Positions 29,849-39,164 of a DNA stretch of 64,000 bases are shown in pieces; the stretch's first letter is position 1, and every line of letters starts with the position of its first letter. This stretch comes from an uncultured Desulfurococcaceae archaeon (GTDB lineage: Archaea > Thermoproteota > Thermoprotei_A > Sulfolobales > NBVN01), in the NCBI GenBank assembly GCA_964655125.1, contig CAZZLT010000021.1:8078-72077 (forward strand), in the 5' to 3' direction. Made by a program: the position numbers and the translations under genes. The notes beneath the pieces were generated by a model. That model worked only from the letters and a program-made list of their open reading frames with translations, did not search any database and was not told where the DNA came from.

Positions 29849-30583
29849 TTGTTGTTGATTATGAATCATGTAGGCATATTTTTCGACTTCGACGGTACTT
29901 TAAGTCCTTTAAACGTACGTAGGGAAGATGCTAGAGTTAGAGATGATGTTGCTGAAGTACTTAAGGAGTTAGTTAATCATTACGTAGTAGCTATAGTTAG
30001 TAGTAAGGACTGTTACTTCCTTAGGAATAGGACTCCATACATAAGTAACTACGTATGTATTAATGGTTTAGAAATACTAACTAATGAGTACGTAGTAAAT
30101 GATTCTACAGTACTTAAGGAAGACTTAATTAAAGCTCTTGAGGATATCTACTCACTAGCTAGGAGGTTAGAGAATGTATATGTTGAGGGGAAGAGGTCTT
30201 TACTAGGCCCTCTCCTAGGCATAAGTATTGATTGGAGGGGTTTTGAAGGAGTACCTAAGGGGTTAGAGGAGGTAGTTGAGGCAGCTACTTCTAGAGGTTT
30301 AAAAGTTATTAACTATAGGTATAATCCATTCGTAGATATCTATATATCTAAGAAGGATAAGGGTGATGGTGTTAAGGTGTTGAAATCCTTACTTAATCTA
30401 GGTAAACTCATATACGTAGGTGATGGTGAGAACGATATACCTGCATTTAAACTAGCTGATGTATCAGTCTTAGTACGTCATAGTCTTAATCAAGAATTTA
30501 AGGTAGATGTAGATTTCGAGGTTAGATTTGAGGAGTTGGGTAGGTGGTTAGTTGAACATGTTCTTACAGGTAGACTACTTTAA
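29849..30583 (+). CDS. HAD-IIB sugar phosphatase (trehalose-6-P / mannosyl-3-phosphoglycerate phosphatase-like)
   Basis: Motif I FFDFDGTLSP and motif IV GDGENDIPAF. The likely start is ATG 29861 (MNHVGIFFDFDGT). Confidence 0.7.
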   Translation: MLLIMNHVGIFFDFDGTLSPLNVRREDARVRDDVAEVLKELVNHYVVAIVSSKDCYFLRNRTPYISNYVCINGLEILTNEYVVNDSTVLKEDLIKALEDIYSLARRLENVYVEGKRSLLGPLLGISIDWRGFEGVPKGLEEVVEAATSRGLKVINYRYNPFVDIYISKKDKGDGVKVLKSLLNLGKLIYVGDGENDIPAFKLADVSVLVRHSLNQEFKVDVDFEVRFEELGRWLVEHVLTGRLL

Positions 30584-31178
30584 CTTACTAATTACTATAG
30601 GTTTAACAGTAGCTACAGTCTTAGTAGGTTATGTATCAGGTGTTTTAATTAGACGTTTAATACTCTACGTACTCACTAGGGTAGGATTTGATGAGTGGTT
30701 TAAGAAGTTTGCTATCGGTAAGGCTATATTAAGGAGTGGGTACTCTGCTAGTGAGTTCTTCGGTTTAATCACCTCATGGATTATATACTTAACCTCATTC
30801 CTACTAGCACTAACTATACTCACATCAAGTTTAAACCTAATAACATTATCTGATACACTATACACTATAGTTTCAGTATATATAGTAGGTTTCATTAAAG
30901 CATTCCTGATAATAATTACAGGCTTCATACTTACAGATACATTCATAGGTTACATATATAAGAGTTCTGAGTTAAGGAGTGAGATTAGGTTATTAACAAC
31001 TGTTGCTGAGTACTTAAGGATAATGATTTACTTAGCAGTAATAGTGTTTGCTTTAGAGCAGGGGGGCTTAAGCGTTCACTCACTAAACATATTATTAGTA
31101 CCTATTATTTGGGGTTTAACAATAGCTATGCTCATAATAATATTATCTCAAGTAATACAGCAGGTTGCTGGGAAATGA
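30552..31178 (+). CDS. integral membrane protein with repeated conserved-TM-helix-like segments
   Basis: Four or five hydrophobic spans. ATGA overlap with the downstream glycosyltransferase. Confidence 0.6.
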   Translation: MNMFLQVDYFNLLITIGLTVATVLVGYVSGVLIRRLILYVLTRVGFDEWFKKFAIGKAILRSGYSASEFFGLITSWIIYLTSFLLALTILTSSLNLITLSDTLYTIVSVYIVGFIKAFLIIITGFILTDTFIGYIYKSSELRSEIRLLTTVAEYLRIMIYLAVIVFALEQGGLSVHSLNILLVPIIWGLTIAMLIIILSQVIQQVAGK

Positions 31179-32419
31179 AGTTCTTCTCAGTAATGTATCA
31201 GACATCTAATAGTAAGGGGCAGGAATTAGTTGCTCAGAGGATGGTTAAGTGGGCTAGGAGGTTAGGTTATGAGGCATGGTTAATAACTAGTATCTACCAC
31301 GACGGTGAACCTGTAGTACCTCTAATTGAGGTATTGAAAAGTATTGACGGTTATGTAGTGTTTGAGAATGACTCTAAGGTAGGACTCCCAGTAATTAGAG
31401 TCGATAGTAGTAAGACTTTCTGGCCTCCTAGGAGGATAATGTTTAGAGACTTCATAACAATACTTAAGAATATAGATGATAAGATAGGTATCGACTTCAT
31501 AGTAACACACTCAACACTTTGGAACGGTCCTGAAGAAGTTTCTAGGTGGATTATGTGGAAGAGGCTTATGAGGAATTTAGGTGAGGTAGTCAACACTACT
31601 ATCTACGGACATATGTCACATTACCAACCACCAGACCCTACCAGGTATGAACCTATAGAGAGAGCCTATAGGATGGCTTGGAACTCAACTACCTTCCCAA
31701 CAATCTTCAAAGTTGCTGACTTCATAATATGTGTTACTAATGTCGAGGCTGAAGACATGATAACCTATGGTGCGAGACCAGATCAAATACATCTATTTCC
31801 AGGAGGTTTAGATGATGACTTAGCAACACTTATAGATAATGCTAAACCTGACGACTTCATAGAGAAGTACGGAATTAGTAGGGATAAATTAATAATCTCC
31901 TACTTAGGGACTGTAGAAGAGAGGAAGAATCCATTAGCAGTTGTTAGGGTTGCTAAAAGATTGAAGAACTTAAAAGATGTAGTCTTCGTAATAGCTGGTA
32001 AACCCGGAGACCAGTGGAGTGAGGTAGTTAGAGAGGCTAAAAACTTAAAGAACGTCGTAATTACTGGTGAGTTAAGTGAGGAGTATAAAGCATCCTTGAT
32101 TAAAGCCTCATACCTAAACATCATAATGTCTAAGATGGAAGCATTAGGACTAACCCAAATTGAGTTTATGTATGGTGGAGTACCAGTAATAAGTAGCGGT
32201 ACCTACGGTCAGAAATGGTTAATAACTAATAATGTTGATGGAGTGGTTGTGAAAGGCCCTGACGATATTGAAGGAGCTGCTAAAGCTATTGAAGAACTAG
32301 TTAAGGACCCAGGTAAGAGGGAGTTAATGTCTGTAAATGCACGTAATAAAGCTAAGAACTTACTAATGTCTAAACTCATGACAGAACTCCTAAATAGAGT
32401 AAAATCAATAATTAAATAA
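31175..32419 (+). CDS. GT4-family glycosyltransferase
   Basis: C-terminal E-x7-E region KMEALGLTQIEFMYGGVPVISS. Start trimmed to ATG 31175 (MKFFSVMYQ), which overlaps the previous stop as ATGA. Confidence 0.8.
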   Translation: MKFFSVMYQTSNSKGQELVAQRMVKWARRLGYEAWLITSIYHDGEPVVPLIEVLKSIDGYVVFENDSKVGLPVIRVDSSKTFWPPRRIMFRDFITILKNIDDKIGIDFIVTHSTLWNGPEEVSRWIMWKRLMRNLGEVVNTTIYGHMSHYQPPDPTRYEPIERAYRMAWNSTTFPTIFKVADFIICVTNVEAEDMITYGARPDQIHLFPGGLDDDLATLIDNAKPDDFIEKYGISRDKLIISYLGTVEERKNPLAVVRVAKRLKNLKDVVFVIAGKPGDQWSEVVREAKNLKNVVITGELSEEYKASLIKASYLNIIMSKMEALGLTQIEFMYGGVPVISSGTYGQKWLITNNVDGVVVKGPDDIEGAAKAIEELVKDPGKRELMSVNARNKAKNLLMSKLMTELLNRVKSIIK

Positions 32420-32545
32420 TCACAGTAAATTAAGCTTTAAATCCTTAACTCTAACTAACATAACTCATAAAAACTCCTACTAATTAAGTTATGTAGACTA
32501 CCTTAACTATATAAGTAATTAAGTTTAACTTAATAATCTCTAAAA

Positions 32546-32780
32546 CCGTTTCTCAGTAGATGGTAGTTCATAGCCGTTCATGTTCGCTAATTTTGTGACT
32601 CCCTACCACCTACCTCTCAACGGCTGTTTCACCCCGACCGCTCCTGCGGGAGTCGTTTACCCCCTAGTTGCCTAGGGGTACATCCCCTCCCCTCGGGCAA
32701 CCGGGGCTCATCCAAGGATTCATCAGCCTCAAGACCTCATCGGCTTCAGAGCGCCCAACAACACGTGCTCGGAGAGGCTT
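32546..32780 (-). ncRNA. rnpB: RNase P RNA-like structured RNA (compact); 5' boundary uncertain, possibly up to 32824
   Basis: A GC-rich island in AT-rich surroundings. The minus strand carries CUGAAGCCGAUGAGG (CR-I-like) and ACAUGAACGGCUAU (CR-V-like), whose AGCCG/CGGCU can form P4. It also has GGGGUGAAAC and GGGGGUAAAC motifs and CCUCUC/GAGAGG in P2-like order. A TTTAAAG box lies just upstream. Confidence 0.55.
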
Positions 32781-33123
32781 AAAAAGCTTTAAAGTGAGGT
32801 GAACGATTATGAAGACCGAAACAGCCCTCATACTTAGTTCCTCTTGTACTTAGTGTTGAAGTAACTACTGTACTTGGTACTATACTCTGTAATTCTTTAG
32901 GTATTAATTTAGAAGTAAATTCTACTAACATCCCTAAATCATCATAGAAAACCACTCTGTAATATTTACCACAGCAGTACCTCTTATTAAATACTGTTAC
33001 ATTGATTTCAATATGATGATCTACATAAACTAATCGACCACCTGGCCCTATTAGTCTAAGTACAGGCTCAGGTTTTATTACCTTAACTATCTCACCACTT
33101 ATCTGTAATACTTCAGTACCCAC
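32779..33123 (-). CDS. hypothetical protein (3' end may be over-called into the RNA gene)
   Basis: 114-aa ORF with GTG start after GGGGAGG. No recognisable motif. The last ~15 codons overlap the GC-rich RNA island and its promoter. Confidence 0.4.
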   Translation of the reverse strand: MGTEVLQISGEIVKVIKPEPVLRLIGPGGRLVYVDHHIEINVTVFNKRYCCGKYYRVVFYDDLGMLVEFTSKLIPKELQSIVPSTVVTSTLSTRGTKYEGCFGLHNRSPHFKAF

Positions 33124-33312
33124 TAAACCTCCCCATACACTTACTACTCAACCAGCTAATGTTACTGTTAATACTAAAACTATAATTACTAAGATTATTG
33201 TAGTTATTACGGATGATATACCATTCCTCATACTATTTAAATAATATTTCATGTTTTTTAAACTTCCCTCAGGGTGGGAGTCAGCTTTATTACTATTGAA
33301 GTTTAGGATTTA

Positions 33313-34002
33313 ATGTGGGTTAAAGTGCCTAAGGTAGTTGTTGATCTACCCTATAATGTGATTGAGAAGATAGTTAGGAGGTATCCAGGTTCTACTATTG
33401 AGGATGCTGTTAGGCAGTTTATATTAGATATAGTAGGTGGTGAGGTTCAGGTAATTCAGACTCAGCAAGACTTAAGTAGGATTCAGAGGTTACTTCAGGA
33501 TATGGTTAACCCGTTTACAGCTAAGGTTGATGAGGTTGCTAGGAGGTTAAGTGATGTTGTCGAGACTTTAGACACTCTGTCTGAGAGGGTTAAGACTTTA
33601 GAGGAGGAGGTTAAGTCTCTTAGGGTGAGGTCTGAAGCTCAAGTAACTACTCAGCAGGTTAAGGAGGTTAGGAAATCAGCTATTGATGTGCTTAGGGATC
33701 AGAAGGTTATGTTTGAGAAGGATATCGCTTCTAAGATTAGGAATAGGGATGCATTCTTTGATAAGTTAAGGAGGGAGGGTGCTGTAGTACTTGAGGTTAA
33801 AGGTCAGAGAGTAGCTGTAGAACCTAGCTTCTGGAATGAGTTTAGAATGAGGTTAGAGAGTTTAGCAACTAATAATGAGTCTGAGGTTAGGGAGAAGTTA
33901 GGTAAGGTAGGTTATAACCTACTTAAGACTCTATGGGAGAGTGGTATAGTTTACTACGACTCAGTCAATAAGAAGTGGAAATTTAGTGAGGAGATTACTT
34001 AG
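33313..34002 (+). CDS. hypothetical coiled-coil protein
   Basis: 229 aa with a heptad-like central stretch (VDEVARRLSDVVETLDTLSERVKTLEEEVKSLRV). No known motif. Confidence 0.55.
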   Translation: MWVKVPKVVVDLPYNVIEKIVRRYPGSTIEDAVRQFILDIVGGEVQVIQTQQDLSRIQRLLQDMVNPFTAKVDEVARRLSDVVETLDTLSERVKTLEEEVKSLRVRSEAQVTTQQVKEVRKSAIDVLRDQKVMFEKDIASKIRNRDAFFDKLRREGAVVLEVKGQRVAVEPSFWNEFRMRLESLATNNESEVREKLGKVGYNLLKTLWESGIVYYDSVNKKWKFSEEIT

Positions 34003-34040
34003 ACTAAGTAGGTTTAGTAACTCCATAGGGAGTAACGGTC

Positions 34041-34778
34041 ATGTGTAGGGAGGTAATGAACGTAGGTGAGTTAGTTGAAGGGTATATAATACGTAGGTTA
34101 AGTAGGTTTGAAGTCCTAGTTGATTTAGGAGGTAGGTTTGAAGCAGTACATAACACTAATACCGGTAGACTTAAAGACATATTAGTTAGTGGTTATAGAG
34201 CACTACTAAAACCTATAAATGGTGAGAAGCTTAAGTATAGGTTAGTAGGTATTGAGTTCTACGACGATCGTTACTGTATTGTTGATACATTAACGCAGAG
34301 TAAGGCTTTTGAGAAGGCTGTAGAGTTAGGACTCATACACTTCCTCAGTAATTGCTCTATAGTTAGGAGGAGCCCTAAGTACGACTCAGTAGTTTTCGAT
34401 TATATGATTAAATGTGGTGGTGACTACGCTGTAGTAGAGGTTAAGAGTGCTGAGTTTAGAGGTAGTGGTAATGAGGCTATGTACCCTGACTGTCCGACTG
34501 TAAGAGGTCGTAAACAGTTGATGAAGTTAGTAGAGTTAAGTAGTTTAGGTTTAAAGACTTACTTAATATTCCTAGCTGCGTTCCCAAACCCTAGGTGTTT
34601 TAAGCCTTATAGAGAAGGTGATGTAGTAATTGATGAGTTAGTTAGGGAGTGTATTAAGGTTGGAGTGAATGTTAAGGTTATATCTATGTTTATGGATCGT
34701 CGGGGTAACGTGTATTTAGAGAATACGGACTTACCATTATGTAGTGAGTGGTTAAGTAGTAATTCACAGTATTACTGA
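34041..34778 (+). CDS. sfsA: SfsA-family nuclease-fold protein
   Basis: RLSRFEVLVDLGG N-terminal OB-like region and a C-terminal YAVVEVKS PD-(D/E)XK-like core, typical of SfsA. Confidence 0.8.
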   Translation: MCREVMNVGELVEGYIIRRLSRFEVLVDLGGRFEAVHNTNTGRLKDILVSGYRALLKPINGEKLKYRLVGIEFYDDRYCIVDTLTQSKAFEKAVELGLIHFLSNCSIVRRSPKYDSVVFDYMIKCGGDYAVVEVKSAEFRGSGNEAMYPDCPTVRGRKQLMKLVELSSLGLKTYLIFLAAFPNPRCFKPYREGDVVIDELVRECIKVGVNVKVISMFMDRRGNVYLENTDLPLCSEWLSSNSQYY

Positions 34779-35855
34779 ACCTTCATTCTCAATACTTAAG
34801 TCAACCTCCTTATACGGAAGTATTACTGTCTTCTTAGGTATTAAGACCTCATCCCTAATAACTACTTCATCACCTATTACTGACTCAGGTTCAATCCTAA
34901 CCCACTTACCTATTAAACTCCTCTCACCGATTAATGCGTGACTTATTACAGAACCTTCATCAACTACTACGTTATTAAATAATAGGCTGTTTTTAATCCT
35001 GACAGCCGGACCTATCACTGAATCCCTACCTATGATTACGTAGGGGCCTACCCTACATAGACTACCTAACCTTACGTTAGCTGATATATATGTTGGCTGT
35101 ATCACTTCAGCACCATCTACTAAGGATTCACCGGATATGTAACCGTTAGGGTAGTAATACCTTAACGCTTCGAAATTAGCTTTAAGGTAATCTGAAGGTA
35201 ACCCAATATCTGACCATATACCCTCATGAACGTATGCGTAGAGTAGACCCTCACTAACTAACTTAGGTAGTACATCCCTAGCTAATTTCGACGGTTTCTC
35301 AGGTACATACTTAATTACTTCAGGTTCGAATACGTATATACCAGCATTAACGATATTTGATAATACCTCCCTCCTATGTGGTTTCTCAATAAACTTAACG
35401 ACTTTACCTGAATCCTCAAGAACTACTACACCGTATCTAGATGGGTCATCAACTCTAGTCACCACCATAGTTGCTAACCCAGAATGCTTTCTATGGAATT
35501 CTAAGACCTTCCCGTAGTCTACGTTAGAGAATATATCACCGTAAACTACTAAGAATGTATTGTTTAGTCCGTAGACGTTATTGATAAGTCTTAACGGTCC
35601 AGCATCACCTAAAGGTATTTGCTCCTCAGTGAATAATATATTAGCGTTGAAGTACCTACTATTACAGAAGTTCTTAACAGCATCTGCTAAGTACTTCACA
35701 GATATTATGATTTCCTTAAACCCACTATCAACTAATGACGTAACTGTCCAATCAAGTAACGGTCTATCCAGTATTGGGAGTAGGGGTTTAGGCTTAGTAA
35801 GTGTTAGAGGTCTTAAACGTGTTGCAAACCCACCAGCTAATACCACAACCCTCAT
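34764..35855 (-). CDS. sugar-1-phosphate nucleotidyltransferase with C-terminal beta-helix
   Basis: MRVVVLAGGFATRLRPLTLTKPKPLLPIL has the intact G-rich loop. Hexapeptide-repeat C-terminus. Paralog of 20129..21379. Confidence 0.82.
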   Translation of the reverse strand: MRVVVLAGGFATRLRPLTLTKPKPLLPILDRPLLDWTVTSLVDSGFKEIIISVKYLADAVKNFCNSRYFNANILFTEEQIPLGDAGPLRLINNVYGLNNTFLVVYGDIFSNVDYGKVLEFHRKHSGLATMVVTRVDDPSRYGVVVLEDSGKVVKFIEKPHRREVLSNIVNAGIYVFEPEVIKYVPEKPSKLARDVLPKLVSEGLLYAYVHEGIWSDIGLPSDYLKANFEALRYYYPNGYISGESLVDGAEVIQPTYISANVRLGSLCRVGPYVIIGRDSVIGPAVRIKNSLLFNNVVVDEGSVISHALIGERSLIGKWVRIEPESVIGDEVVIRDEVLIPKKTVILPYKEVDLSIENEGSVIL

Positions 35856-35912
35856 ACGACCTACATAACCCCATGTAATGTAATTATTCCTGAAATATAA
35901 AGTTGATTATAT

Positions 35913-37040
35913 TTAGAGGAAGGGGGATAATATTAGGTATGTAATCGCCATTAAGATGAAAGTTAAGAATGTAGTTGATAGTAAGTACTTATAAATACTA
36001 TGGAGGTCTACCTTAAAGAACTTAAGCGTAAGTACTAGACATAGATGTGATGGTGATATCATATAGCTAAGGTAGGTAAGCATTAAGGTAAGACTTACTA
36101 ATCCAATACTATGTGTTACGTTAGTAATGAGTGGTACTGTAATTGCTAACGCACCTGTAGGGATACCTAACACAAATCCTAAGAGCATTGATATAGCTAT
36201 TATAGATACTGTAAGGAATGTTGGGGGTAAGTCAGTAAATAATGATGTGAATAATTCAGGGAATCCACTCAACATTAATACCTCACGAACTGATAATGCT
36301 GCATAAGTTGTTAGTATAATCATAACTACATCCTTATTAAATGTTGACTTAAGTAGTAATGACCTACTAGGTCTTACTAAGACTATTAACGATATTAAAC
36401 CTAGTAATACAGCTGTGATTATGTTAACCCCTAACACAACTATGAATACAGCTACTAGTAGAGGTATTATGTAGAGTAAGTTACTTATAGACTCCCTCAT
36501 AACACCTACTGAAGTATTTCTTAACTCCTTACGTACTGGTATGAACCCCACCGCATACATTACTAGAGCTAAAGGTATGTTATATAATGCTATCTGAGCA
36601 GCGTTAAAACCTGAGAGTGCTGAAGTTAATATGATTATCTGTGTTAGTGGGTATATAGGTGCTATTAAATGTCTAAACCATATATTAACATATGCTGCTT
36701 TATTAGAGTCTAAATTAATCTTCTTAGAGATTTCAGAAACTAACGGTGCTGACATTAGAGCACCCCCAGCTACTGGTAAGAGTCCGAAGAGTGCTGGGAT
36801 TAACGATATCGTTAACCACACCTTCTTAATCATTGTTAGTAATGCATTACTTAACCTGGTAATGATGCTGGACTCCTTATATATGTTAGCCATGATAGCT
36901 ATGATAGCACTAGAGACTATAACATCAATGTTTATAGGTCTAATACCTGTCATGTAGTAGGCTAATAGTATTTGGTACGGGTTTAAAGTAAGTACTGCTA
37001 ACGTGAATGAGAATGTTAACAATGCTACTGCTAGATTCAC
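35913..37040 (-). CDS. polytopic integral membrane protein (about 10-11 TM, transporter-like)
   Basis: 375 aa, almost entirely hydrophobic spans. GTG start. The frame stays open 32 codons further upstream. Confidence 0.65.
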   Translation of the reverse strand: MNLAVALLTFSFTLAVLTLNPYQILLAYYMTGIRPINIDVIVSSAIIAIMANIYKESSIITRLSNALLTMIKKVWLTISLIPALFGLLPVAGGALMSAPLVSEISKKINLDSNKAAYVNIWFRHLIAPIYPLTQIIILTSALSGFNAAQIALYNIPLALVMYAVGFIPVRKELRNTSVGVMRESISNLLYIIPLLVAVFIVVLGVNIITAVLLGLISLIVLVRPSRSLLLKSTFNKDVVMIILTTYAALSVREVLMLSGFPELFTSLFTDLPPTFLTVSIIAISMLLGFVLGIPTGALAITVPLITNVTHSIGLVSLTLMLTYLSYMISPSHLCLVLTLKFFKVDLHSIYKYLLSTTFLTFILMAITYLILSPFL

Positions 37041-37177
37041 TCTAAAGTAGAGTAGTATAAAGAGTGTTACTATAGCTACTGGAGTTGCGTAGATAGGGTT
37101 AAGTATTATTGTTGACCCCCACGACAGATTAATCCGTTACTTCTAGGTTTATAAAGATTATTATAAGCTAAGATCAT

Positions 37178-38740
37178 GTGGTTGATGATATGTTTAGAAT
37201 ACCATTCATAAGTAATACAGGCTTAGTAGTTTCTGAACACCCACTAGCTTCTGTAGTAGGTGCTAAGGTATTAAGTAGTGGTGGTAATGCTGTAGATGCT
37301 GCTATAGCAACTTCATTCACGTTAAGTGTACTTCAGCCACAGTTAAGTGGTTTAGGTGGTGATTACTTCGCATTAATATACATAGCTAGTGAGGGGAAGG
37401 TATACTTCATAAACGGTAGTGGTTACTCACCGAGGTCTCTCAACCCGGACTTCTTAAGGTCATTAGGTCTTAAGGAAATACCTCCACATACTCCGTACTC
37501 CATAACTATTCCGGGGATGGTTGATGCATTACATAATATGTGGAGTAGGTTTGGAAGTATTGAGTGGGGTAAGTTAGTAAGTCCTTCTGTAAAATTAGCT
37601 GAGCAGGGATTCCCTCAATACCCATCACTAGTTAGAGCTGTTAGAGAGAATTATGAGTTATTAGCTAAGGATGAAGGATCTAAAAACACCTACTTAATAC
37701 ATGATATAGGTGTTGGTAAGTGGGTTAAATTCCCTAATTTAGGTAAAGCGTTAAAACTCATAGCTGAGGATTACAGGAACTTCTACGAGGGTGATATAGC
37801 TGAATCCATAGTTAATTACTTAAGGAGTAAGAGTGGTTTCATAGAACTAGATGATTTTAAAGATTATAAATCGTTTTGGGGTGAGTCTTTAAGAATTGAT
37901 TATAGGGGTTATCAAGTACTTGAAACACCACCGAATACTCAAGGAGTTACTACACTACACATACTTAAACTACTATCAAACATCAACTTAAGCAGTATTA
38001 AGCTACTAAGTAGTGAGGAGGTTAAACTACTCCTTAAGTGTTTTAGAGCTGCTTACAGGATTAGAGATAAGTATGTAGGTGACCCTAGATACGTTACTAA
38101 GGATTTACTAGGTCCTGAAGTAATTAATGAATTACTTGCAGAGTTTGAGGGTACTTCAGCTAATGTAGTGCAGAGACGTAACACCTCATTAGGTGATACT
38201 ACATACTACGTAGTAGTTGATAAGGAAGGTAATGTAGTTTCAGGAATACAGAGTATATTCTACTCCTTCGGATCAGGTATTACAGAACCTAAGTACGGGA
38301 TAACACTAAATTGTAGGGGTTCCTCATTTACGTTAACTCGCGGTGATGTTAATGAGTTAGCTCCTAGGAAATACCCACTACATACCCTATCCACAACCTT
38401 AGTACTTGACCCTAAAGGTAGTTTAAAGTGGGTTTTAGGTACTTCAGGAGGTCATTACAGACCTCAAATACATGTAGAACTAATTACTAGTTTGATAGAT
38501 TACGGATTAGATGTACAGAGAGCTGTAGAACTACCTAGATTCTTATGGGACTTAAGCACTGATGAGTTAATTGTTGAGGGAGGTGTTGATGTAGTAGGAG
38601 TAAATGAGGTAGAGGTACGTAAGGTTAATTACCCAAGTAGATTAGGTGTAGCTGCGATAGTAGAATTCTTAGGGAATGTTAAGATAGGGGCTTCAGATAT
38701 TAGAGGTGATGGGTTAGCACTCAGTATTGAGTACCCCTAA
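37178..38740 (+). CDS. ggt: gamma-glutamyltransferase
   Basis: GGNAVDAAIA, the autoprocessing site region LGDTTYYVVVD, and TSGG near the C-terminus. Confidence 0.85.
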   Translation: MVDDMFRIPFISNTGLVVSEHPLASVVGAKVLSSGGNAVDAAIATSFTLSVLQPQLSGLGGDYFALIYIASEGKVYFINGSGYSPRSLNPDFLRSLGLKEIPPHTPYSITIPGMVDALHNMWSRFGSIEWGKLVSPSVKLAEQGFPQYPSLVRAVRENYELLAKDEGSKNTYLIHDIGVGKWVKFPNLGKALKLIAEDYRNFYEGDIAESIVNYLRSKSGFIELDDFKDYKSFWGESLRIDYRGYQVLETPPNTQGVTTLHILKLLSNINLSSIKLLSSEEVKLLLKCFRAAYRIRDKYVGDPRYVTKDLLGPEVINELLAEFEGTSANVVQRRNTSLGDTTYYVVVDKEGNVVSGIQSIFYSFGSGITEPKYGITLNCRGSSFTLTRGDVNELAPRKYPLHTLSTTLVLDPKGSLKWVLGTSGGHYRPQIHVELITSLIDYGLDVQRAVELPRFLWDLSTDELIVEGGVDVVGVNEVEVRKVNYPSRLGVAAIVEFLGNVKIGASDIRGDGLALSIEYP

Positions 38741-38781
38741 ACAAGACTAACCTACTTCTACAGCTTCACTCCTTAATTGTT

Positions 38782-39114
38782 TTACCCAAAACTCTCATTA
38801 CTAATCCATTCCTCAACGTCATACACTCTTAAATCTATACGTGATTCTAGTAAATCTTTAAATAACTCTAACCTCTTAATCATGTTTAAGTTCTTCACAC
38901 CCTTAACCACTACAACTATATCAATATCACTATCGATGAGGTAGTCCCCACGAGCTCTACTACATACTAAGTAAACACCAATAACTTCAAGTCCGAAAAC
39001 CCTACACTTCTCTCTAACCTTAACAGCAAATCTTCTAGCTTTTTCTAACGCCTCAACATGAGATCTCAACGTAGATACTGCCTTACCCACTCCACACCCT
39101 CCTAGCTCTTTCAA
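38782..39114 (-). CDS. minimal nucleotidyltransferase (MNT) of an MNT/HEPN pair
   Basis: YLVCSRARGDYLIDSDIDIVVVV corresponds to the GSxxRG..D.D polymerase-beta NTase motif. Confidence 0.75.
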   Translation of the reverse strand: MKELGGCGVGKAVSTLRSHVEALEKARRFAVKVREKCRVFGLEVIGVYLVCSRARGDYLIDSDIDIVVVVKGVKNLNMIKRLELFKDLLESRIDLRVYDVEEWISNESFG

Positions 39115-39164
39115 AAGATCTTTAGCTTTATCGTATGTGTAGAGTTGATATGGTAATGCATTAG

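Noticed and set aside
31109-31174. The N-terminal 22 codons given by the ORF track for the glycosyltransferase. Similar over-extended starts are at 20119..20172 (GH57), 24657..24707 (rubrerythrin) and 52363..52392 (E1 alpha).
   Set aside because: These extensions overlap the upstream gene or promoter and are not part of the conserved protein. Downstream in-frame starts give canonical N-termini.
32552-32572. A 17-of-19 match (TCAGTAGATGGTAGTTCAT versus TCAGTAGATAGTGGTTCAT at 63303-63321) that could mark att-like direct repeats of a ~31-kb integrated element using the RNA gene's 3' end.
   Set aside because: A rough estimate suggests matches of this quality are expected by chance many times in all-versus-all comparison of a 64-kb AT-rich window. 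No integrase is present, and the enclosed genes are core metabolism.
36631-36957. 108-aa plus-strand ORF inside the polytopic membrane protein gene.
   Set aside because: It is the antisense shadow of a hydrophobic-protein gene. The minus-strand ORF is far longer and has a coherent TM architecture.
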